Shown: one piece after another, positions 9,463 through 18,582 of the stretch
How the letters are laid out: the number at the start of each line of letters is the position of its first letter
How positions within the stretch are numbered: the first letter of the stretch is position 1
Assembly (NCBI GenBank): GCA_045863235.1
Contig: BTUM01000037.1
Location: 1 to 64,000, forward strand
Direction of reading: 5' to 3'
DNA from: Candidatus Xenobia bacterium
GTDB lineage: Bacteria > Vulcanimicrobiota > Xenobia > Xenobiales > QWHO01
Length of the DNA stretch: 64,000 bases
Notes under the pieces: model-generated
Seen by the model: the letters and a program-made list of their open reading frames with translations, nothing else
What the model was told of the DNA's origin: nothing
Database searches by the model: none
Position numbers and translations under genes: made by a program

Positions 9463-11076
9463 GTGAAGCTCGACTCGCTCAACCTGGCGGCCATCGTGGC
9501 CGAGTTGGGGCCGCTCCTGAAGGATGCGGCCCCCCAGAAAATTTCTCAGCTCTCGGAGGAAGACTATCTCTTCGCCTTCCGGCGCCCCGGTCAGACGCTG
9601 CGCCTCTTGATCAGCCTGCGGCCCGAGGAGAGCCGGTTGCACCTGGTGGAGCAGCCCACACAGCCGGCTCAGAGCCCATCCGCCTTCACCATGCTGCTGC
9701 GCAAACATCTCGAAGGCAGGCGTCTTGGGCGCATTGGCCAGGTGGGGCTCGAGCGCACCGTCGAGCTCGACTTTCCGGCCTACCAGGAGAAGCCCGCCCT
9801 GAAGCTGGTGCTGCACATCCCCGGGCGCGACAACACCATGCTCTTGCTCAACGAGTCGGGCAAGGTGTTGGGAGCCCACCGCAAGCACGCCCGACCGGAA
9901 ATCTCCGAGCTGCCTTCGGCCGACAGTCTGAGCGGGCAACAGGTCGCCCTGCTCGTGGACCGCTCTGAGCCGCTCCAACGGGCCCTCCCCCGGGCCGTGT
10001 TCGGGCTTCCCCCTTCCTACGCCCGGCAGCTGGCCCTGGAGGCGGGCCAGGACCCTGCCCGACCGCTCGCCGACCCCCATGCCCTGGCCACGGCCTGGGA
10101 CGCCTTCTGGGCCGACTTTCGGGCCGGGCGCTTCCAGCCCGCGGTCACGACCGGGGGCGAGTTGAGCTTTCGTGGGCAGGGCCTCCCCTACCCCAGCATG
10201 CAGCAAGCCGCCGAAGCCGCCTGGTCGCTTGCGAGCCGGGCCCCGGGCCTGGAGCAGCTGCGCTCGGAGGCCCTGCGCAAGGTGCAGAAGGCCCTGACCC
10301 GGGTGGAGAAGCGCCTCGGCGAGCTGGGTCGCGACCTGGCTCAGACCGAGAGAGCCGAGCAGTATCAGCACTGGGGACAGCTGTTGCTCTCTCGGCTCGA
10401 CCAGGTGCCGCTTCGAGCCACCAGCGTCAGCCTGGCCGATTTCGACGAGGCCTCCCGGGTGGAGATCGCCCTGGACGCGCGCCTCACGCCCAGCGAGAAC
10501 GCCCAGAAGCTCTTTCGTCGCTCGCGCAAGCTGAAGCGGGCCGGGCCTCTGATCGCGGCCCAGGTCGAGAAGGCCCGGGCCGAGCACGACTACCTGGTCG
10601 AGCTGCGCCTGGCCATCGAGCAGGCCGGCTCGGCCGGCGAGCTGAGCGAGCTCGAGCCCAGGCCGGTGGAGCGTCGGTCCCGTCCCGAGAAGCCCCGCAG
10701 CGGCCCTCGTCGCTACCAGACCGACGGTTTCGAGCTCTGGGTAGGGCGCAACCCGGCGCAAAACGACCGCTTGACCCACAGGCTGGCGGCTCGAGACGAC
10801 CTCTGGTTTCATGCCCGCAACCTGCCCGGGGCCCACGTCATCCTGCGCACCGCCGGGCGCGCGCCCAGTCAGGAGGCTGTGCTGGCCGCTGCCGTGCTGG
10901 CCGCCCGCCACTCGCAGGCCTCCGAATCGAGCAAGGTGGAGGTGGACTTCACCCTGGTCCGCTACGTCAAGAAACCTGCTGGTAGCCCGCCGGGGAAAGT
11001 GATCTACCGGCACGAGACCAGCCTGGTGGTCGACCCCTGCCAGCCGCTGGGCGATCTTCATGAGCTCCAGTCGTAA
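9463..11076 (+). CDS. rqcH: Ribosome quality-control factor RqcH/Rqc2 (NFACT, FbpA family)
   Basis: FTMLLRKHLEG, ENAQKLF, VGRNPAQND, DLWFHA, PGAHV, VKKP..PPGKV. Confidence 0.93.
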   Translation: MKLDSLNLAAIVAELGPLLKDAAPQKISQLSEEDYLFAFRRPGQTLRLLISLRPEESRLHLVEQPTQPAQSPSAFTMLLRKHLEGRRLGRIGQVGLERTVELDFPAYQEKPALKLVLHIPGRDNTMLLLNESGKVLGAHRKHARPEISELPSADSLSGQQVALLVDRSEPLQRALPRAVFGLPPSYARQLALEAGQDPARPLADPHALATAWDAFWADFRAGRFQPAVTTGGELSFRGQGLPYPSMQQAAEAAWSLASRAPGLEQLRSEALRKVQKALTRVEKRLGELGRDLAQTERAEQYQHWGQLLLSRLDQVPLRATSVSLADFDEASRVEIALDARLTPSENAQKLFRRSRKLKRAGPLIAAQVEKARAEHDYLVELRLAIEQAGSAGELSELEPRPVERRSRPEKPRSGPRRYQTDGFELWVGRNPAQNDRLTHRLAARDDLWFHARNLPGAHVILRTAGRAPSQEAVLAAAVLAARHSQASESSKVEVDFTLVRYVKKPAGSPPGKVIYRHETSLVVDPCQPLGDLHELQS

Positions 11077-11339
11077 CTCACTCAGGTCAGGCGAAGGGTG
11101 CCCTTTCCGGGTGCAGATATTTTCGAAGCGGAGCGGTCAGACTCGTTTCGCACTCTGCCTGACTTCATGCATACCACCTTTGAAGGCTGAACACGAACAC
11201 TATCGAACCTGGTGTGGCCCGGCCGTCTCAGGGGGGTGATTGTCTTCGTTGTGCTTGAGTCAGGGCGCAGGTCGTCACCCGGACGAACCATGGGCCTGTA
11301 TCAATTCGAGTCGCCGGGCCTCGTGACCGAGGAGTTCCG

Positions 11340-12350
11340 ATGATCCTTCATGCTAGCTTGCGCGACGCGGGTGAGCTGAAGTCGGCGCTGGGACAGGGCT
11401 TCGAGATCGATGTCGTCCAGTTACAGCGAGGGGATTTCGCCAGCCGACTGCTGCGGCTTGAGCTGCCCGGCGTGGCTCTGACGTGGGGAAGCCTGACCCG
11501 CACCATCGAGATCGCGGGGGTCGCCCGGCAGCAACTGAACATGCTGGCCACCCGCTCTTGCCCGCGCCCGCTCGTCTTGAACGGCCGGACGCTCGAGCCT
11601 GAGAATCTCGTTGCTGCTTCCCACGGACGCGAGCACCGTTTCGTCGTGCCAGCCGCATTCGAGGGCCTGGTGATGGAGTTCTCGGACCCCATCATCGGGA
11701 AAGCCAGCTTGCCGGCTGATCTGGTTCTTGGTCAGGCCCGTCCCCTGGTGACCTTTGCCGGCACCGCCCTGAGGCAGGCTGCCTTCTATCGCTCGGAGGC
11801 CAGCCGTCGCGGTCTGGCCGCGCGCTCGATCGAGCTTCTGCTCCGCAGCCTGCCTGTGTCCGAGCCCGACCGTTCCCGGTCGGAATGGAGCGGCGCACGC
11901 CGGCGCGCCGCTCTCCGGGCAGCCGATCTGATCCATCAAAACCCGCGCGAGCCGCTCACCCTCGGTTTGCTCTGCCAGCACGCCCACGTGAGCGAGCGCA
12001 CTCTGCGCTCCGGGTTTGCCGACCTGTTTGGAATGGGTCCTAACGAGTACGTGCGGGTCGTTCGCCTGAACCGCGTCCGGCGCCGGTTGCAGGAGGCGAG
12101 CCCCTGTACGACCACGGTGACCGAAGTGGCCATGGAATGGGGTTTCTGGCAAATGGCCCATTTTGCCAGCTATTATCGAGGCTTCTTCGGAGAGCTCCCG
12201 TCGGAGACGTTGCGCGGTCCCGCGTCCACGCTCACTTTTCGGGGATGGTCTTCACCGTCACCCGCAGGACTTTGCCGGCGCCTCGGGTCGAGCTATCCGG
12301 ACGTCTATCCAGAATCGGCAGGATCGGAGCGGGTCAAAGCAGCGCCTTGA
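11340..12350 (+). CDS. AraC-family transcriptional regulator (EutR-like)
   Basis: C-terminal double HTH: VSERTL...FGMGP..Y...RL, VTEVAMEWGFWQMAHFASYYRGFFGELPSETL; GAGGAG RBS. Confidence 0.9.
   Translation: MILHASLRDAGELKSALGQGFEIDVVQLQRGDFASRLLRLELPGVALTWGSLTRTIEIAGVARQQLNMLATRSCPRPLVLNGRTLEPENLVAASHGREHRFVVPAAFEGLVMEFSDPIIGKASLPADLVLGQARPLVTFAGTALRQAAFYRSEASRRGLAARSIELLLRSLPVSEPDRSRSEWSGARRRAALRAADLIHQNPREPLTLGLLCQHAHVSERTLRSGFADLFGMGPNEYVRVVRLNRVRRRLQEASPCTTTVTEVAMEWGFWQMAHFASYYRGFFGELPSETLRGPASTLTFRGWSSPSPAGLCRRLGSSYPDVYPESAGSERVKAAP
12299..12327. repeat. Direct repeat copy 1 (core GTCTATCCAGAATCGGCA)
   Basis: 18-bp exact core, 26/29 match to 13923-13951. Confidence 0.85.
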
Positions 12351-13515
12351 TGATCTCCAGGAACATCTCTTTGAGTGGAATCCTGGTCCCTATCACGACG
12401 AGCATGGGGAGAGCCGCGGCCACGGCCAGCGGCAGAATGGACAGCCTGCTCAGGGGAACGATTCGGATGCGTTCGACCGCCTCAAACAAGGAGACGACGT
12501 CGGCCACCGGACCAAGCTCTTGGGCTTGCAGTAGCCTTTCCTCTTGAGGGGAAATCTCTTCGGCGTGGAGCCACCGCCGTTGCACCAAACGGCCGTGTCG
12601 GGCGGCCAGGGCGCCATAGTGGAGCAGGCCATGTCGCTTGAGGAGCACCAGGGGTGGCACAAAGGCGACCATCGGGATCAGTGCGCCCAGCACCAGCAAT
12701 CCGACCAGCAGGCCCATGGTGAAGTACAGTGAATCCAGGGCCAGGCCGTGGTAAAGGATCTCGTGCGTCCAGCGAGCTGCAATCACAGCCGAAAGCCCGA
12801 ACAGCACCGGAGCCAGGGTTACGGTGGCCATCTCCAGAAATCCAAGCCCCCCGGACCGGTCCGGATGCGTGGGAACCAGCTTGAGCGGAAGTCTCGACAG
12901 ACGAAGAAAGAGCACGCAAGACAACACCCAGCGGAAGGCCCAGACTGCGGCAAACGAGACGAACAGGAATCGGGTCACGATCAGATAGTACCAGCCCGAG
13001 AAGCTCAGAAAAGGTCCGCCGTCACGGGTCCAGGATATCTCGTCCAGCTCCTGGGGCTGAAACCCCACCAACAGTAAGCAGATCAGGCTCGCAGCCAGCA
13101 CACAACACAAAGAGAGCTTGGAGTTGCGCCAGGCCAGCGTGCGCCGCAGGACCTCCTCGTAGGCCTCTTGCTGCGGCTCGGCGATGATCCCGGTGGCTTT
13201 GAACTCAGGCAACAGGAGGCGGGTCCGCTGGTCCATGAGCATTTCCGCCAGGAGAAAGCACGGGATCGCCACGAGACAGCGGACGTGGACCCCAAAGTGT
13301 GCCAGAAGCGGCTCGTGCAGGCTTCCCTCCTGCATGAAGAGCCGACCGGACAACGCCGCCGCGATCACGACGGGCAGCCAGCCCACCAGCAGGTAGAACA
13401 GCGCGCGACGTCTGATTCCCAGGCGACCGTCGCCAGGTATCAGTCCGAGCCGTTGCTGATAGCGGTAGAAGGGTCCCCGCACGAAGGAAAATTCTGGTTC
13501 GGTGCTATTCTTCAT
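12334..13515 (-). CDS. Multi-pass membrane protein of unknown function
   Basis: Several hydrophobic segments; HPDRSGGLGFL motif. Confidence 0.8.
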   Translation of the reverse strand: MKNSTEPEFSFVRGPFYRYQQRLGLIPGDGRLGIRRRALFYLLVGWLPVVIAAALSGRLFMQEGSLHEPLLAHFGVHVRCLVAIPCFLLAEMLMDQRTRLLLPEFKATGIIAEPQQEAYEEVLRRTLAWRNSKLSLCCVLAASLICLLLVGFQPQELDEISWTRDGGPFLSFSGWYYLIVTRFLFVSFAAVWAFRWVLSCVLFLRLSRLPLKLVPTHPDRSGGLGFLEMATVTLAPVLFGLSAVIAARWTHEILYHGLALDSLYFTMGLLVGLLVLGALIPMVAFVPPLVLLKRHGLLHYGALAARHGRLVQRRWLHAEEISPQEERLLQAQELGPVADVVSLFEAVERIRIVPLSRLSILPLAVAAALPMLVVIGTRIPLKEMFLEIIKALL

Positions 13516-13524
13516 AGGTCAACT

Positions 13525-13869
13525 TCAGGGCACGAACGCTGCCGGGGCAGGCTGAGGAGGCGGTGCAGGCAGTTCCATCTCGATCGGCACCGAGAGGGTC
13601 AGTGTCACCAGCCAGACCAGAATATTGTTAGCCGCGAAGACGCTGGCGTTCAAGCTGAGATTGGCGGGGATGCGTCCATTGAGCAGCGTTCGGCTCAGGT
13701 CGACGGAGCCGTCGTAATGGACCAGGTTCTCGGCGAAGTACACACCTGGAAAGGGCGGCAGATTGGTCAAGGCCTTGAGGGGCAGAGCCCCGGGCTGGTA
13801 GTGCCCCTGACCCAGGGCCGGCAAAGTCAACGCCCACAGGATCGCGAGTAGTCCCATCCAGCGTTTCAT
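13525..13869 (-). pseudogene. Internally deleted SphA/phenol-MetA-like outer-membrane channel remnant (114 aa)
   Basis: Signal peptide, then GHYQPG...LPPFPGVY N-terminus joined directly to a terminal-strand-like LVTLTLSVPI; much shorter than a full barrel. Confidence 0.5.
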
Positions 13870-13922
13870 GAACACAGAGCTCCTGACTAAAAACTCACGA
13901 CAAGGTAGGTCTGCCATCAAGA

Positions 13923-13951
13923 GGATGTCTATCCAGAATCGGCAAGTTCGG
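13923..13951. repeat. Direct repeat copy 2, candidate AraC operator upstream of the sphA-like gene
   Basis: Matches 12299-12327; lies just upstream of a minus-strand TTGATG -35-like hexamer. Confidence 0.85.
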
Positions 13952-14203
13952 GGTGGGAGTGTGGAGTGTGTTCCTATTGGCAATAATATCGCAAGCAGCG
14001 AAGAGTGGCGTGGGAAGCGGTTCTTGACTTGGCAAGCAGGTTTGCCATGCCGGTGGCCCAGCACTGGTTTCGAAAGGACCAGGCTTTCACTGCGGAGCAC
14101 TGCGACTGGTGACCGTCTAACTCGGGTCCTCAACGCTCGTTCGTCTCGCTTCCCTGCTGGGCTGCTCATTCTCAAGGCTTCGGGAAAAAAGTACCCCCGA
14201 GCG

Positions 14204-14229
14204 GGAACTAACCTGCCTTCCTCCCGGTT
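14204..14229 (+). promoter_or_regulatory. ECF sigma promoter GGAAC-N18-GTT
   Basis: Matches the SigR/SigH(actinobacterial)-type GGAAY-N18-GTT consensus, 47 nt upstream of the anti-sigma ATG. Confidence 0.6.
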
Positions 14230-14276
14230 GTGACCCCCAAGAGCAAGAAATAAAGAAGAGGTTGGCGAGGGGACGT

Positions 14277-15107
14277 ATGAGCGAGCAGATAGACTGCAAA
14301 AGCTATCGCCCGCTGCTGGAGGACTTCGTGGACGGCGAGGTCGAGCCGGGGCAGTTGGGCAACCTGCAAGAGCACCTGAGGGATTGCCCCGAGTGCTTCG
14401 CCCGGGTGGAGTTCATGCGCCGGCTGCAAGGCGTGGTGCGTCAGGCGGTGCCCCCCGAGACCACGCCCGAGCTCTTACGTCGGCGCATCGAGAAGAGCTT
14501 CAAGGTCAATCCCTGGCAACGCCGCATGAGCCAGCCCTGGGTGCGGCCCGCCCTGGCAGCGGCCTGCCTGCTGATCCTGCTGGCAGGGCTCTTCGCCCTC
14601 TTCCCTCGCGAATCCAGGCCCAGCCCCTGGGCTGTGGCCATGGTGAACGACCACACCATGTGCTGGATGATGGGCTGCGGTCAAGCCGACCCGAGCGGCT
14701 TTGAGAAGAAGATCGCGGGATTCCTGGGTACCAAACCGGATGTTCCCACGCTGCAGCAGTCCCAGCGCCTGGACGTAAAACCCTGCCCGGTCAAGGGCTC
14801 GGTGGCCAGTGCCCACGTCTTTTATCTCAGACGGGGCAAGGTGCAGCTCTCGATGTACTTCGCCAAACAGGACGAGTGGACCGGCCAGTTGCCCGACTCG
14901 CCCCAGCAAGCTCGCCTCGACGCCGTCGAGTTCGACGGTAAGACCTATCAGGTGGCCAGCTGGCGGCGTAAGGGGATGGTGACAGGCCTGGTGGCGGATA
15001 TCTCGCGAGAGGACATGAAAGCACTGTCGGGAGCGACGAAGTACGACGCCAAAGGCCAGGCTGTGATTCCGGGAGCCGTGCTGGTGGCTTCGGTCAGCTC
15101 GCCTTAG
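14277..15107 (+). CDS. Transmembrane zinc-binding anti-sigma factor (zf-HC2/ZAS)
   Basis: C...LEDFVDGE...HLRDCPEC, single TM, extracytoplasmic domain with DH motif. Confidence 0.88.
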   Translation: MSEQIDCKSYRPLLEDFVDGEVEPGQLGNLQEHLRDCPECFARVEFMRRLQGVVRQAVPPETTPELLRRRIEKSFKVNPWQRRMSQPWVRPALAAACLLILLAGLFALFPRESRPSPWAVAMVNDHTMCWMMGCGQADPSGFEKKIAGFLGTKPDVPTLQQSQRLDVKPCPVKGSVASAHVFYLRRGKVQLSMYFAKQDEWTGQLPDSPQQARLDAVEFDGKTYQVASWRRKGMVTGLVADISREDMKALSGATKYDAKGQAVIPGAVLVASVSSP

Positions 15108-18100
15108 TCTGCTGCTCGCGGGCCTCGATCAGCATCTGCCTGAAAATCTCGCTGCTGGCCTCATACTGCACGGCCTGGAGCAGGCCTTGATACATGTCGA
15201 AGGCCCGGTGCTGATACTGGATCCAGGGGTCTTTCTGGGCGTAGGCTTCCATCCCGATGCCGTGACGGAGGGCTTCCATGTTCTCCAGGTGGTTCATCCA
15301 GCCCTCATCAGCCACGTCCAGCAAGACTTTGCGCTGGTAGAAGGCCAGGTCTTCCGCCGGCATCCTGGCGGCGGCCGCCTGATAGTGAGCCTCGACCTGG
15401 GGTCGCAACAGCTCCTCGAGCTCTTCTTCAGTCACTTTCTTCTTCTTGCCCAGGTCCACGTCGAAAGGCACGCCAAACTTCTGGCTCAGCTCGGTCAGCG
15501 CTTGCTTGACCGCGTCGGCCTTCATGCTCCCCGGCACCTCGACCACCTCGTCCTCCTGCGAGCCCTTCGCGACCCACTCGCGCTCGGCGTGGCTGTAGAA
15601 GGCCTGGTGGGCCAGCGAGCGCGGCAACCAGTCCAGCACCAGGTCTCCCACGTTGGCTTCACGATTGACGAGCTTGTCGCGGCTCGCGCTAAAGGCCTCG
15701 CGCTGCTTGTTGAGGACTTCTCCATACTTGGTGGTGTCCTTGCGAACCTCGTACCACTTGCCTTCCACCGCCCGCTGCGCTTCGCGCACCATCTCGTCAA
15801 GTCGCTCGTCGCTGACGCCCTTGCCCGGGGGAATGCCCATGGCATCGAAGAACTCGGCCAGCTTCGGTCCTCCGAAGTACTGCAGCAGCTCGTCCTCGAG
15901 CGAGAGCAAGGCCCGACCATAACCTGGCTGGCCCTGGCGAGCGGGGCGCCCTATGAGCTGCAGGTCGATGCGCTCGGACTCGTGGCGCTCGGTCATGATC
16001 AGGTGCAGGCCGCCGGTCTCGAATTCCTCGGTGCGCCCGTCGAAGTGGGCGGACCCTTCGGGGGGTGGGTCGGTCGGCTTGATCCGAATCACGATCCCGG
16101 TCGCGCCGTCCTGGATCGCCTCCCCTTCAGCCAGGATCTGGGTGGGCAGGCTGTCACTGGCCAGCCAGTCTCGGACCTGCTCGGCATCCCGGGGCTTCTC
16201 CACGTCCACCACCACGAACTCGCCCCGCTTGCAGGCAACTTCCGCCTTCATGGCCAGCAGCTTGTAGTTCACCAGGTCGGGCTTGATGTCCACGCCCCGG
16301 CCAGCCATGTTGGTCGCCAGGGTCACCATGCCCGAGCGCCCGGCGTCAGCCAGGATGCGCGCTTCCTCATCGGTGTTGTCCTGCACTCGCTCGGCGTTGA
16401 GCACCTGGTGGTAGATGCCGCGCTTGGCCAGGAGGTGGGACAGGTACTTGTTGGCTGGAATCGAACGTGTGCCCACCAGCACCGGCTTGCCTTCCTTGTA
16501 AAGCTCCTCGATCAGGTCGGCCACGAACTCGAACTTCTCCTGCATGGTGCGGAAGATGACGTCGTGGTCGGTCTTGAGGTCCTTGGGCTTGTTGGTAGGA
16601 ATGGCCACCACGTCCAGCTTGTAGGCCTCGTGGAACTCGGAGGCGGCCGACATGGCGGTGCCGCTCATGCCGGCCAAGTGAGGGTAGCGCCGGAACAGAT
16701 CGGGGTAAGTGATGGAGGCCTGGGTGCGCTGGTAGGGCTGGATGGTGACGCCTTCCTTGGCCTCCAGAGCCTGATGGAGGCCATTGGTGAAGCGCCGCCC
16801 ATCCATGGTGCGACCCTTGAAGACGTCCACGATCTGGACCTGGTCGTTGGCGGCCAGGTAGTCCTGGTCCTTTTCGTAGAGGGCGTTGGCCATCAGGGCG
16901 TTCTGCAGAAAGAAGACCCGGCGCACGTTGTCCAGGCTGTAGAGACTGTAGCTTGGAGCCGCTCCCCGCAGAGAGTCGATCTCGGCCTGAGCCTGCTGCT
17001 TCTCCTCCTCGGTGGTGGCCGTGCGCAGTAGGTTCTGGGCCTGGACGAGCTTCTGAGCCGCCTGAGAGGCCTTGTGGGCCTGATCGAAGGCGCGGCTGGC
17101 AGCCTGCACCTCCTCCATCGGCGTCCCCGGGGGCAACGACCTGAGCTTGAGAGCGGCCTGACCCTTCTTCTCGTCCGCATCCACGGCAGCCAGCATGCAC
17201 TCCACCCGGTCCAGGCCCTCATCGGTGACGTAGGCGTAATGGTCCTTCTGGTTGGTCTTGAAGTCGCGGCCCGGCTCGAGCGACTTGACAAGGATGTCGA
17301 AGATGCGGTGCTCGTCCCCCGCCGCCTCCGACAGCGAGGAGAGGATCAGCGGGGTGCGGGCCTCGTCGATGAGGATCTCGTCCACCTCGTCCACCAGGGC
17401 GAAGTGGGGGGCGCGCTGCACCCTCAGTTCCGGCTCGCGAGCCGATTGGTCACGCAGAAAGTCGAAGCCCAGCGAGTGGTTGGTGATGTAAGTCACGTCG
17501 CAGGCGTAGGCCTTCTTTTTGTCCGGGTTCTCTACCCCTTCGTGCACGCAACCCACCGTCAGGCCCAGGAACTCGAAGGCCGGCTTCATCTGCTCGAAGT
17601 CGCGCTTGACCAGGTAGTCATTGACGGTCACCAGGTGGGCGCCCTTTCCGGTGAGGCCATAAAGGTAGAGTGGCATGATGGCGGTGAGGGTCTTGCCTTC
17701 CCCGGTCTTCATCTCGGAGATGCGGCCCTCGGTCATGGCCAGTCCGCCCTGCACCTGCACGTCGTAGGGGCGCATCTTCAACACGACCTGGGCCGCTTTG
17801 CGGGCCACCGCAAAAGCCTCGACCTTCATCGAGTCGAGGCTCTCGCCATCGGCCAATCGTCTGCGGAACTCCACCGTCTTGCCTTGCACGATTTGACGGG
17901 CGGCCTCCAGGTCGACATCGCCGGTCTGGCCAGCCGCCCGGAGCTCGCTTGCGCGAGCTGCGATCGCAGCGTCGAGCCCAGGCTCGAGATCGTTGACCTT
18001 CTTCTGCTCGGCCTGAACCTGCTTGAGCGGGTCGGTTCCGACCACGCTGAGCAAGCCCAGACCAATGCGCTTGGAGGCTCGAATGGCTCCGGAGAGAATC

Positions 18101-18480
18101 TGGAGGAGCTTGGGACCCTTGGGCAGCTCGACCACGCGCGAGGCCGATGGAGCCTTTTCGGGGACGAGCTCCGTTGGAGGCTGCCTCGGGGTCGCGGGAG
18201 GAGGGGCGGCCGGGCCATCTTCCTCAACAGGCGCCACTGGCTCGTCGAGTTGAGCGAGGGCCGTCGGGACGGACGTCGTCGCCGGGACCGGGGCCACTTC
18301 GGCCAGGTCGGCTGGAAGCTGTTTCTTGTCAGCCTTGCGTTCGTTCCGGGGTCTGGCGGTCTGGGTGAACTGATCGCTGGGAGCGACCGCCTCGGGCTCT
18401 CCCGTGCCCTGCTGCTGACCGGAAGCAGGCTGAGGCAGGCCCGAAACCATCGGGTCGAGCGCGCGCAGCCTCATATCCAT
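15094..18480 (-). CDS. secA: SecA-family translocase ATPase, atypical paralogue with long disordered N-terminus
   Basis: EMKTGEGKT, VTVNDYL, DEVDEILIDEARTPLILS, GLHQALEAKE, GMSGTA, ATNMAGRGVDI, ERHESERID, RQG; no C-terminal Zn finger; start 18480 or 18474. Confidence 0.92.
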   Translation of the reverse strand: MDMRLRALDPMVSGLPQPASGQQQGTGEPEAVAPSDQFTQTARPRNERKADKKQLPADLAEVAPVPATTSVPTALAQLDEPVAPVEEDGPAAPPPATPRQPPTELVPEKAPSASRVVELPKGPKLLQILSGAIRASKRIGLGLLSVVGTDPLKQVQAEQKKVNDLEPGLDAAIAARASELRAAGQTGDVDLEAARQIVQGKTVEFRRRLADGESLDSMKVEAFAVARKAAQVVLKMRPYDVQVQGGLAMTEGRISEMKTGEGKTLTAIMPLYLYGLTGKGAHLVTVNDYLVKRDFEQMKPAFEFLGLTVGCVHEGVENPDKKKAYACDVTYITNHSLGFDFLRDQSAREPELRVQRAPHFALVDEVDEILIDEARTPLILSSLSEAAGDEHRIFDILVKSLEPGRDFKTNQKDHYAYVTDEGLDRVECMLAAVDADEKKGQAALKLRSLPPGTPMEEVQAASRAFDQAHKASQAAQKLVQAQNLLRTATTEEEKQQAQAEIDSLRGAAPSYSLYSLDNVRRVFFLQNALMANALYEKDQDYLAANDQVQIVDVFKGRTMDGRRFTNGLHQALEAKEGVTIQPYQRTQASITYPDLFRRYPHLAGMSGTAMSAASEFHEAYKLDVVAIPTNKPKDLKTDHDVIFRTMQEKFEFVADLIEELYKEGKPVLVGTRSIPANKYLSHLLAKRGIYHQVLNAERVQDNTDEEARILADAGRSGMVTLATNMAGRGVDIKPDLVNYKLLAMKAEVACKRGEFVVVDVEKPRDAEQVRDWLASDSLPTQILAEGEAIQDGATGIVIRIKPTDPPPEGSAHFDGRTEEFETGGLHLIMTERHESERIDLQLIGRPARQGQPGYGRALLSLEDELLQYFGGPKLAEFFDAMGIPPGKGVSDERLDEMVREAQRAVEGKWYEVRKDTTKYGEVLNKQREAFSASRDKLVNREANVGDLVLDWLPRSLAHQAFYSHAEREWVAKGSQEDEVVEVPGSMKADAVKQALTELSQKFGVPFDVDLGKKKKVTEEELEELLRPQVEAHYQAAAARMPAEDLAFYQRKVLLDVADEGWMNHLENMEALRHGIGMEAYAQKDPWIQYQHRAFDMYQGLLQAVQYEASSEIFRQMLIEAREQQTKAS

Positions 18481-18512
18481 CGCGAAAGGCAAGACTTTCC
18501 CAAGATGCTGCT

Positions 18513-18556
18513 ATCCTAGCATGACAATCCACTCGGATTTGTAAACAGGATGTTAA
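18513..18556 (-). promoter_or_regulatory. Class B direct-repeat promoter TTAAC-N6-TTTAC-N22-TAGGAT
   Basis: Same architecture and the same TGCTAGGAT extended -10 as 19875-19918. Confidence 0.65.
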
Positions 18557-18582
18557 CGGCCAGACAAGGAAGGGCACGGCCC

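Noticed and set aside
9301..11061. 792-aa ORF suggesting a large N-terminal fusion to Gmk
   Set aside because: The extension is the antisense shadow of rqcH; Gmk homology begins at about 9300.
11082..11291. 69-aa minus-strand ORF
   Set aside because: No recognisable motif, atypical codon usage and no clear RBS.
14040..14165. Possible structured RNA (GCCCAGCA...TGCTGGGC with an inner hairpin)
   Set aside because: Short stems are expected by chance at this GC content, and no known riboswitch consensus was recognised.
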